A stretch of DNA of 43,996 nucleotides, taken from Trichinella spiralis (lineage: Eukaryota). Location: contig NW_003526945.1 in assembly GCF_000181795.1 (NCBI RefSeq), forward strand, positions 1,833,836-1,877,831, in the 5' to 3' direction. The notes under the pieces were generated by a model. That model ran no database searches. It saw nothing but the letters and a program-made list of their open reading frames with translations, and was not told the DNA's origin. The position numbers and the translations under genes were made by a program. Shown here one piece after another: positions 1 through 12,283 of the stretch; position 1 is the stretch's first letter; each line of letters opens with the position of its first letter.

Positions 1-493
1 TCAAAAACATGGAAATTGTGGAAAAATGGATAACTTTTTCACTAATTACGTGTATAAATGAAAAAATGATAACAATTAATGGCGAAAAATCACAGACAAC
101 TCTTTCAATCTGATGAGCAAATAAATCTAGATGCAATTTAATGAAAAGCGTGATATTTGTTCTGTCATTCTTGTTGCCAAAAGTGACAGCTGCTCATTCG
201 CATGAAATATCATATCACCTTTCATATCATGTGGATAGATAGTTTAATTTAATCCGCATGCTTTTTTTCAACAATTACATTTCTCATAATAATGTGAAGA
301 AAAATGAAATATCTTTATTTTTTTTAAATAAAAATTGTACTGTATTACTGTATTTGAAAAGGGGATATCTGTTAAAGATAGAATATTGATTGATTTGTAT
401 TGAGAAGACGAAAAATGACTGAAAATTACACTACAATACAGAATAAAAAAGGGAAATAAATAAATAATAAAAGAATAAAACAAAAAACTGTAC

Positions 494-646
494 CTTGTCG
501 AAAACTGTAGCCTCTTGGGTTTTGTCCACACAAAACCAGAGGATGCATGTAGTGGAAATGACGAATATGATGACGAAAAATGTGACCAAAACAACAATGA
601 AGCCAAAATAATCGGCAACGTTGACGTCTTGTTTCAAATTTACCAT
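494..646 (-). CDS. First coding exon of a small single-pass membrane protein (partial; the rest not located in the window)
   Basis: ATG at 646 shortly after a TTGCAG acceptor. 51 codons MVNLKQDVNVADYFGFIVVLVTFFVIIFVISTTCILWFCVDKTQEATVFDK with one hydrophobic helix, ending exactly in phase 0 at AAG|GTACAG. Confidence 0.55.
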
Positions 647-1243
647 AATGATTATTAATTCTGCAATAGATTATATAGGTGATTATTGGTTGAATTGAAA
701 ATGTTTAAAAATATTAAATAGATTTTGTGCGAGAAAAGCAGACGCGCGTCAGTAAATAACCAACAGTTGTAGAGGGAAAATATTGGAAATATAGAAAGCG
801 AGAGAAAGCTGGAAAGAGAGAGAGAGAGAATGCAGAACAAGCCTGCAGAACAGGCTTGCTGCATGCATAACGTGTGCACACAAATGAATACTGGAAGACT
901 GGGATGGAGAGAGAAAGAGAGAGAGAGAGAGTGAAAGACAAGTCAACATCATGTTGTCCTACATCGAAGCAGGCTAGACGTCTGTCTGGCTCGCCCTTTT
1001 TCCAGGCCAGTTTTTACATGCAACCATCTATATATCTATCTATCAATGCATGCATGCATTGTCATGAAGTTGGCTTCGAACGTGCTTGACGTCTATAAAT
1101 CATACTAGCTCGGCAAAAATTATACAATCAACGTATTCAATATGCAAATTTTAATGACTTAAAACTTCTTTGTTCTGCATCATTGTTTCTTTTCGTTCTT
1201 CTTTAAATTGTTGATCCGTGCTTTGCTTGAAAACACACACGTT

Positions 1244-1247
<4 letters not shown>

Positions 1248-1300
<53 letters not shown>
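1248..1300. repeat. (TA)n microsatellite
   Basis: Perfect TA run. Similar runs lie near 3381-3408, 11460-11481 and 17490-17515. Confidence 0.95.
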
Positions 1301-1302
<2 letters not shown>

Positions 1303-2183
1303 GTATAATGATAAAGCTGTGCCGCTTAGTGACGAGCTTTGAAGAACAGCCGCGCTGGACAACGTCCACCTTCTCCAACGCAAACGGACCAATGAAATTA
1401 GTCATCATTATCTTTCAATTATATATATATATATATCTTTCATCTTATTTCACACAGAAAAAGTGGTCGAAATCAGACTGCTAAAAATGGAATTTTCATC
1501 CTATTCGCATGCAAACAACGCATTCATATCAATTCGCATTCCCGCACTATTTAATTTCACACTACCAATCAATGCGTTCGTTTTACATTTATTAACAACC
1601 ACTAATAATAATAATAATAATAGTAATAATTCTTTCAACGCAGAACAGCAGAACAAAGCAAATCTTGACATGTCAAGTAATGCCAAAGATGAATGCAAAT
1701 AATCTTCAACATGTTGGCAAACTGAACTGAACTAAAGCTTTCTGCAACGAACGTACATAAATACATACATATATACATACACAGACAATAATGAACAATA
1801 AAAAATTACAACTGAACATCAATTTAAAATTCGAAACAAAACAACCATATTATAAATAAATAATCGAACAAACAAATATATATATATTCGATATATAAAA
1901 TATAACTTTTTGCACAACAATAGTATTCATTCAATTAAAATAACTGATAACAAAAACAGGTAGATGAAATAAAAAATTCCAAAATCCTACTAAAATAAAT
2001 GACTTACATCTGACAGACAGATATTCCGAGCCTTAAGCGCTGCCAACTTGCCAGAAGTGCGGCAGTGCAGAAACAATGCAACACATGATGTGACTAATTA
2101 GTGAATTTAAATCGCTCTCGTGGTTAGATAAAGCGTTAAAAATGAACGCATCGGTTCCATAATTCACTCATTCGCTAAACATC

Positions 2184-3375
2184 TCAGTATGGCTTAAAAT
2201 GATCAGTACGGTAGCGTGGATTTCGAGACGGAATTCTCGGTCGATAAGATCTGCTGTTATGATACGACTGCCATGACTGCGCCCGACCACGCCCAGAATG
2301 TGCTTCGAACGTGCTTGTAGTCGAATGTCCAAAGGCCCTGTAGGGCGACTCCGCCTGGCGAATCCTGTCCTTCGCTCCTGACCAACTGCCTCTCTGATAC
2401 TGTGGTGCTAAATCACGGCCAACTGCCCCACCACGTCCGGAAAAACTTCCCCTACATTGTTCATAATTGCCTCGATTTCCACCATATCGTACATAGTCGG
2501 GTGATGTACTGTTGTCTAAATGAAAATTTTCACAATTCACAACAACAATACAAAAGAAAAGGATTAAATTTACAATATTGTCTATTGTCATTTCCAGAAT
2601 AATATTGGTTGGGCATTCTTGCATTGTACGATTGTACAGAACGCATTTCAAAACTGCAAAAGGAAAAAAGAATATTTGAAATTATCAACAACAAATACTC
2701 TTCTCATTTTCACGTCACATCTACTCACTCCAATATTCTCTTGCTAGCCCGATTCAGCTGCGCAGTAACCGCACTCTGTACAAAGCCTGTCACTGGTCGA
2801 TATCTTCCATCACGATCATCGTCCCAATCTTTGGGCTTCAAAACTGGCTGCGGATCTCTAAACAAGCAACACTTGAAATATACAAGAAATAATTAAAAAA
2901 ATAACACAAATAAATTATCTGCAGTTCTGAAATTATAGCAAGTATTAACAATAAACAAAATGATTTTAAACAAAAAAAAAAACTAGCATACACTGCACCA
3001 GATAGTCGAGCTGTAGAAAAGATGTAATCGTCTGGAAACTGTGGATTCAAGCAAAATACACTGAAACACAAATACACATGTATACATTAATATCAGGCAA
3101 ATCAATGGACTACTACAAATACCTCAAAACATGGTTATTTTCTACATCATTGCATTGTGGAAGTGGGCTGTGTACTGTCCTGAAATAGCAGCATATTGTT
3201 CAAATATCATCATTTCATCAATAATTTTGCAAAAAATACTCACTTGCCAACTGGTACATGAAATTTATATGGTTTTACCATCAGTGAGATGCCGTTGCAC
3301 AGTGAGGGATCCATATTTAACCACTTCAAGTAAAATTCGTAAATTTATTAACCAAAATATCTCATAAATAAATAA

Positions 3376-3410
<35 letters not shown>

Positions 3411-6400
3411 CGTGCGTGAGCTATAATCAAAAGCTCAAAAATATATAACGTCTCAATGTAATTTCAAAATAAAAACCATAATATTACGCTACACAACATT
3501 ACTTTAAATCAAACAAAACAGTTTATAATTTACCTCAGCACTCATGTCGCCCTCATAAATCGACTGAATAAAATCAAATGCCTCGTGCTTCGACGAAATG
3601 AACAGCAGGTCGTTACCCTGCTTATTACGAAAGCCTGAAATGAAGTATTAATTTACAAAAAAAAGTATTCCCATGAAATAACATCTAAAACCAACATTAA
3701 ACTGAAGTAGCGTGATCAACAAACAAAGTCATACTTTAGGAATTGCAAAAATCTCAATTATTCTTTCCAAATATAGCTACAGCTAAATAAAAGTCAAAAC
3801 ACTCAATTTCTTTCCCACTCGAAGAAAGCACTAGCCAAATGCACTACTATACTGTACTAAATTGTAATGCTGTATATTTCAATTTATTTACGCTCTTCTT
3901 CTGTCAAATCGGGATAAACCACTTCAAGAGCTTCATTCAAACGTTCAGCATCGACAAATGGAAGCAACACCACTCCTTGCCAAGCATACCTTTTTCCGTT
4001 CAAGTCAACTTTGAAATCCGACGGATACATGTCAATAATGGTGGATTTCTGAAAATTTCATCTCATCAAGAAAGAGTATAGAAAACCAAAAAATTCAACA
4101 TGTACAAAAATTAACATCACGTACCGGATCGTGCATCAAAGCTGCCCAAGATTTCGGCAGATGCTTACTGCTCGCAGCCGGAAAGACGCTCATCAGCTGT
4201 TCCAGAGGTTTGATCTGACAATTCGAATGTGAACAAGAAACAAAACAAAAAACACATAATCAACTATTGGATATTAATTATTGACACCAAGCACAATTGT
4301 TTACCGGCATTGTTTTTTCGGAAAAATCAATTTTCAAATCGCCAATATTCAAAAAGTCCGAAGCAAATGGAGAATAGTGGAATGGAAAATACCACTTCCA
4401 GCTGCAACAACCCTGAAAAATTGCAAATTACACTTCAAAATTTTCCACCGAAAACAAGCAAAAAAAAGACCTGATAATAATAACGCAAAACCCAACAAAG
4501 TCCTTCCACGTAACAATTCGCCACGTGGTGACGAAATTCCAAGTCTTTTGGCGAGCATTGGAATTTCACCAAATAGTAGCGATCTTTCCATCCACATTCC
4601 CACAATCTGAATATACAAAATTATTAATTTTGCTAGTGAAGAAATACACCAAGAACAAAACATGACCACATCTGTAATAATTGTACAGATGTATAATAAT
4701 TACCTCACTTCATCAAGCGGCCCTTCGTCGTTTGCATCTTCAGCATTTGCTGCACCATTAAACTAAATTATTTCGATTAAAAACAACAAAACCAAGCATA
4801 ATCAAAGTGAACAAAAAAGCACAACAAATATAAGCTGTAGTAGAAAATATAAGAAAAAAAATAAAACAACTGCCAACCTCCCGCTTGGTGGATGATGTGA
4901 CGGCCATAGCAGCTTGTCGCATTTCCATGGCGGTTCTTTTGGCATTCGACAAGGGCAATGGACTTTCTCCAATTGGCTTAAGAACAAAAATTAGGAAAAA
5001 TCAAAATTTGAGTAAACTTTAAAATAAAAACAAAACAAAGAACAATCAAATTCAATATGCATACTGTTGGTGCAAAAGCGTTCTGCGGTATAAAAGCCGG
5101 GGCATCGAAATTTTCCGCTTGCATCCTGCGCATTTTTGCCTTATTTGAAAATTGAATCTGAAAATGTCAACTGCACTGAAAAAAACCCAATCCAATAAAA
5201 AAATATTATCCATTGCCTCTCTTTCTTGTCTCTGTCGAAAAATTTCATCTTCCACTTTGCCCAGTTCTGAAAAGCAAAAATTCGACAAGAAATGATGTCA
5301 AATATAAAATAATATCAAATTGGAAAAATACCGGACATGATCAGCTGAACCCGCTTCAAGTTCACAAAACCATTTTCCGTCAAATATCCCTAAAACAGTG
5401 GAAAATTAAAAAATGCCAACAAACAACAAAAATTAAATTATCATTTACGCCAGTTCGATATACACAATCTTTGTACAACTTGACCAAACGATCGATCGCG
5501 CCTTCCCTTAAAACAGCACAAATCATAAACAAACAAACAAACAAACATTTTCACAACGTACCGTATTTCCAACGACGGCAAATGAGGCAAAAAATCATTG
5601 CCGACAAAAAAGCACATAAAAACCCAATCATCTACGCAACGCTGAAAAGAAGAAAAAAAAAGCAAATTAGCAATACCAGCATGAGAACAAATTGTGAACG
5701 GCTCAGACCTCAAAGTCGTATTTGAACTTTATATTTGGCATTTCCAATTCCCGTTGCAGGTATTCACGAAGAACACTGAGGCGAATGAATATAAATTGAG
5801 TTTTCTTCAACACTGGTCGATGTGCTTCTTCGTTCTGTAACAAAAAAATGGAATCAAAAATTTTGAATGGGCAAAAAAAAGCAAATATGGTTTACCTCGT
5901 TTTCCAAAATAGATAATCCTTGACAATCTTGCATAGTATGACCTTAAAAGTAAATCAATTTAAAGAAAAAACAAGAAATTTTAAAAACTCAAATCGTTCA
6001 TCTGCTACCGTAATTGTTGCAAATTTCGCATGGTCGAGGTAAATTGGGAACAAATTCTTCTCGAATGATGGTAAAATTCGGTTCATGAGTGGCCAAACCA
6101 AGCATGATCAAATCAGCTAAATTAATTTAAAAGAAAAAAAATCAATTCAAATCAATTCAATTAAAAACAAATCAAACACTACCGTCTGCACCACAAAGTA
6201 CATGATGAGTGTTTGGATCGTGAGATGCACACGCCCGCTGATGTCGAATGTAATCCATGATTTTGTGTTCGCCTTCACCAGGCACGCTAGCATCAGACAA
6301 AATTACCAACAAATTCTGCCAAGCAGGATCGGTGTTCAATCTCTCGTGAATATAATAACGAAGACAAATCGCTAGACGAGCCATGAAAGGCGTTCCCTTG

Positions 6401-7247
6401 AAAATTTTCAATTCAGAAGACCAGAAGAATGGAAGGGGAAACGAATATATATATATATATATATTTATTTATTTATAAAACGATAATTAAAAATGAAATT
6501 ATATTCTTAATTTCTGAAATTTCTTGCTTTATTATATGCATTTCGAAACAAAGCATTATTACCGGTGTTATGCAGTTGGAATCGAAGTGCTGCTTATCAG
6601 TCGATTCGGCAGGCAGTGGAATACCCTGAGCTCGCAAATCTTCACGAATTTGACGGATCTGTTCTTCTTTTTCCGCCGCTTCCTTGGAAGCTCGAAAGCG
6701 ACGTGTCCGCTGTTGGTTCATCTTCGCCCTCGGCGCAACACCATCAATAGCCATGTAAAGCAGACGACGCGGTCGAACAATGCACATCAAACGATCAATG
6801 TACTCAAATATGGCTACCATCATTTCTTCTTCTGATTTCGGTGCTGGCCTAATAAAAGTGAAAAATAAGCGCATCATCTCAACCAAAACAAAACAAGAAA
6901 AAAAAATTAACCATTGTTCACTTAAGTTAAAAAAATTACAATTTAGAAACAAACTTAAGATTTTTGCTCTCAAAAATAATTTTTTACTTGTCTTCTGGAT
7001 GACAACATGGGTGAATAATTCCGTTCATATCCAAATAAAACGTATCAAATTCGATTCCATGCGGATTCGGCTGCGTGTTATCGACAGGCACTGTCGTACC
7101 GTCGACATCTCGTGGCTGTAATAATAAAAATCAATCAATCGATAAACAACAAAAAAAGAACGCAAATTATACCGTATCTTCGATGCAGTTCATCACAATT
7201 GAAGGGTATTTTCGACTCAACCATCGGAAAAACGCTGGTACACCCAT
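2184..7247 (-). CDS. xrn-2: 5'-3' exoribonuclease 2 (XRN2/Rat1), about 25 exons
   Basis: Spliced translation gives [66 protein letters not shown], a [14 protein letters not shown] zinc knuckle (XRN2-type), [51 protein letters not shown] and [19 protein letters not shown], then an RG/Y-rich tail ending DHFKPY*. Exon phases are consistent throughout. Confidence 0.97.
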
Positions 7248-10200
7248 TTTTGTGCTGAGCAGTTCTTGATACGAATGTTGAAATTATATCTGTAAATGGG
7301 CAGGTGATGAAACAAGATCACTTGCTGAAAAAAGAAACAAATTAACATCAACGAACGTTATTTGCGGAAAATTAATGTTTAACATGCAAAAGTAAAACAA
7401 CACTTCCACAAATGAGAAAGAAATATGACGAGTGAAAAATCGTCCATTTCATACGGTAGTACAAAGAAATAAAGTTTCAAGTACAATAATGACAGTATAA
7501 AAAAAATCTTTCAAAGTACAGTATACGAACCCAATGAAAAAAGCAAATGCAAAAAAATTATACAATTTCTAAGATTGATCATTCAGTTATTTTGAATATT
7601 TCATTAAATATGGTTTAAAGTCAACAAAAAAATTTATAATATATAATTTTACCAATAACACTAGCTCACGCTCAGGAATTGTAGATAAGTTTTGAAAACT
7701 AAAAATTTCAGAATTGTTCCATGAGGAAAAATTTTTGCTTCGACTCCGACAAGCGTTCTTCGACTTTTTAAGGATGAAAAAGAATAAAATTTTTGAGAAT
7801 AAAGTTGGCAAAAAAACGGCATCAAGTTTGTGGTTTAATTTAACGACAGCGAATGGCTGTATTGTGTTTTGCGTGACCTGGAAGAAAGCTGCTGACCACG
7901 GTGCTGGAATAGTGCCTTGCATGATGCGTTGTTGTTAAAAAGACACCAAGTTTAAAGCGACTGCAGTGGGGAAGGGATAATGTTGAAATTTGAATATAAA
8001 TAAAACTGTTAAATATTGAAGTTGTCTTATTTTTTAATTTAATAAAATTCTAAGTAGTGTATTTTCTCAATAAATCAATAATAAATATTTTCCCTGCTTT
8101 GTTTATATCTTTGACGAATAATTCAATGAAACAATTGCATTCGACAGCTCAATTCTACAAGTTGATAATACGACAGTAAGATTTGCACAATATGGTAGCC
8201 TATTAATGATACGATGTCTGATTAGAGAATAAAGAAATGTCGAATGGAAATGAATAGTTCTTTTTCTCTTTAAGCAATAAACAAATCACGGTAGACGCAT
8301 GATTTTACAAACAAATTGTAATAATAATTATACAGTAGATTAAAAGAAAAAGCAAGTTTATTTGAGATGAAAAATTAATTATTTAGCAATGAAAACATTT
8401 CAATTGAACAACAACAACAAGAAGAAGAATATAAGTAGATAGTAATACTTATTTTAATTTAATTATTAATAATAAATAATAAAAATGAATTTTGATCAAT
8501 GTCGTCGAGTTGTCCGACCGATGGGTGAAAAGCAAGAGACGTTGAATAATATACGTTGGTTAATTTGCTTTGCTTCAGTGTTGAATTGGAAACCAGTTTT
8601 TGAATTTGTTCACGGCCGATAACGGCAGCCCAAGGTTGAAATTGTGCAAGTTTAGACGCGTTTTCGGCTAATAATTTTTTTTTCCAAGCGAAGCGGAAAA
8701 AAGCAAAATGTCAAATGATGATGAATTGATGAATGAATGAAAATCTTTTTTTTTTTGAATATATTTAAAAACCTTTTCATCAGTGTTGTGCAAGGTGAAA
8801 AATTGTGCATAATTTGATGCAGCTGTCGTCGACAGTTGTCGGTGCTTGCAAGCGATTCAATTGAACACGGTCTCGGCATCTGTTATCGATTAGCATTTTT
8901 CTTCGTGTTATAAATTATCAAATTGCACGCCACCTATCAACACGCAGTTGTTGAATTGTCATTATTCTTTTTTTTTATTTCATTGAAAAAAAAGTATATG
9001 CATCATTCAATAAAATTTGAGCTTCGTTTATGAATGAATGAATGAAACGAATGTTCGTTCATTTATTAAAATTTTATTTGTGAATATGAAAAACAAAAGT
9101 TCAAATAAACAACTTTGCTAGCTTTTTTTTGAAATTTTTCTCATGATGAAAAATGAATTCTATTAAACAAAACATTATACTTTTTAATATGTTTGTATTA
9201 TTGTATTTATTAATGAAATGGAAAACAAAACAACAATTAATGTATATCAATATTTGCATAATTGAACTGAGCTGAAATAATTTGCGAATATTTATAAATA
9301 AATATTGTTGATGCATGGTGAAAGAATTGATGATCGACGCCGCTTTGATCACTTGATACGCATCGTTTGCAGAGAAAAATGGGAATAGAAAAATTGGCCG
9401 TCGGGCGTGTTGAATGCGATAAAATCTGTCGGCAAAGTTTTGAATTGAATTTGCAACAACAAACCTGGTACCGATCGACGACGACCAAACGATTCCATTA
9501 TTTATTTGTTGACAAGGCATAAAAGCAAACAACAGCAACAACGAAAAATAGCATTTTTTTAAAAATAAATACATTAAATATTAAATTGAATAATTTCCAT
9601 AAAATGGACGGTGAAAATGGATAAGGGGAAAAAATTGCATTTTATCGGTCGACAGTAAAATCGTAACAACGTTTGCAACAATTTGACAATCGTTTTCTTT
9701 TTCATCGTTTTCACAAATCAAATCAAGTCAAATAGAAGAATCAGAAAGAAAAGTAGGTCAATTTTAATGTTTGTTTAATTTGTAATTTTTTTTAAATATA
9801 TATTTTGATGTGGAAATTATCCATTCACGCCGCTTGATATGTGCAAATTGTTCGAAGCGTGTAGTTGGAGGAAAATCAATAAAATCAAACCGGCGTCAAG
9901 AGCAGAATATCAAAATCAGGTCACCAGAATGGCAGTTTCGAATTTGACCAATCAGAATTGAGCTGAACATCTACGAACTACTATGTATTTTGTCAATTGT
10001 TTGGCTTTACGAACTTGTTCGCTCAAATGTTCAATTTCAGCAATAAATTAAACATGGAAAAATAATAAAATTGAAACGATAAAAATAAATATATAAAATA
10101 CCATCAGAAAAAGAAGAATAATAATCTTGGAACAAATAAATTGAAATGCATTTTCGATGACAATGATAAAAAACAACAACAATTCAACAATTGCAGTGAA

Positions 10201-12283
10201 TGAGATTTTATATTCATATTCTAAACATTATCAGTTTTTTTCAAATTTCATTCAGGCTACAACAAATTTCATCGTTTGCTTGTGCTGTTGTTGTTGTTGC
10301 TGCTGCTTGGTGAATTTTGTAAACAAAATTTTCAAACCTGAAACGCGTTGCCATCGAACAACGACCGACCAACTGTCGAATGTTCTCCACCAATGAAAGG
10401 AGGGGAAAATTTTTTGCATGAAAATTTCCACGAATGTGGAAAATTAATTTTTCCACAATTGGATTCGAATGGAAATGGCGTCTGTAAATTTCACTTCGAT
10501 GTGGAAAAAAGTATCACTATGGATATTGGTCGTATTTTTTGACAAGAAATTTTTGTTTGATTTGAAATTGTGAAAAAGAACATTAAATTTATTGTCAATG
10601 ATGATGATATTCGTTTCCAATTTCAAAACTGAACAATACAGTTTCAACGATGTTCATTCAATTGATCGAATGTTTAGTTGAATGAAAATGGACATTTTGC
10701 ATAAAGTAGTGAAAAAGCAATTGTGCAGAAAAGAATTTTTCTATTAATTGAAATGAAAAATCCACTTTCCAAAAATTGACCACAATATAATTTCTTTGAT
10801 TATACTTGAATATTTTACTGTAAAGTTCAAGTACAATTTGAGTGAATCGAAGTTGAGGGTCATTTGTTGAAGAAGTTCACTTAGGGAACCGGAATCAAAT
10901 TGTACAAAAGTATCGATATGGACATTGTTTGGAAAATTGAAATTTGGTAAAGAGAAATAATAAATTGAATACATAATTTCGTAAGTGGAATTTTTCCCAT
11001 TACGCGCGAACAGTTTGTGTAGTGGATAATTTTTGAAAGATCCATTTTGCACAGGACAAAAACTGGAAATTTGAAAATGACGACATCTTCGCTTTTCAGC
11101 TAGCTTTGTGCTAGTGTCAAAGAATACTGAACGCCGGAAATACGAGTGTTGCATTTTGTTTTTCACTTGCAAAACCCGAACGCCAAGCCCAAGCATACCG
11201 TTGTCAGAGCGTATATTTTCGGTTTGGAAGAGAAAAGAAACCATTTCAATCAGTTGAAGCTGAATAATTGACGACACATGTCTACCAGTTTCCGCTGCTG
11301 TTTGCTAGTCTACTTGATCAAGCGTTGAAAAGTTTCTCTCGCTCTCTCTTTCTCTCTGTACCGCCGGCACCGCCAGCCCTGCCATCTGCGTTTTTCCAAT
11401 CTTCAGGCGATCATCATCCGAAAAACACAACACAAAATGGCGTAATATATTATTATACATATATATATATATATATATATACATATTTCATTCATTCATT
11501 CATTCATTCGTCCATTTCTTTCTTTGTCATTTATTTTACATGTGTTTGCCACCGGACGTGGAGAAGAGGGGTTCCATTTTTATTTATATACCAGGCGGTT
11601 GGAAAAATTCACAGATGAGTTGTCAAGCTCAGTTTGATAGTTCAAGTTGAATGTGATCAGGTTGATTTATGCTAGTAGATTTATTTGCAGATGTTCAACT
11701 TGCAATTGGAAATTTCACTTTCACTCATTAGCTGTTTTACCAACAACTACTCTCTCCACTATTTTCTCTTTTCTTTTTCCTTCTCCACAAATGTCTGTCG
11801 TATTTCATTCGATCAGAAAAAATCAACAACCACTTTGCAAATTGCTTAATTGCCCATTCATTGCATACATTCACTAGTCGGTAAATATTTTTCCCTTTGT
11901 TCATTCATGCAACAATTTTCTTCTCCTTTTCACTGTAACCTGTTTCGGCAAACTTTCTTTTCTTTTTTGCAAAATGTTTAAATATTAAAGAAAAAGAAAA
12001 TTTCATCTGTAAAATTTATTTTCTCGACTTTATTGTCAATTCGACAGGCAAGACTTGTATGGTGCTGTAGTGACGACTGTAAGGAAAAGTACAATTCTTT
12101 TTTTCCATTTCATAAGAAAACTTTATCGTTCATTTTTATCGTTTATTTAATTCTTTAATGCGTTTTTTTCATTCAATAACGATGAATATGTTATTTTTAA
12201 GTGTTAATCTTCAATAGATGTTCATTCCTCCAGTGTTACTTCAATTTTCAAAAATCACTGTGATTTATTAACATGTACAGTAA

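Noticed and set aside
1151..1408. ORFs with IYIYIY tracts
   Set aside because: Translations of the TA microsatellite.
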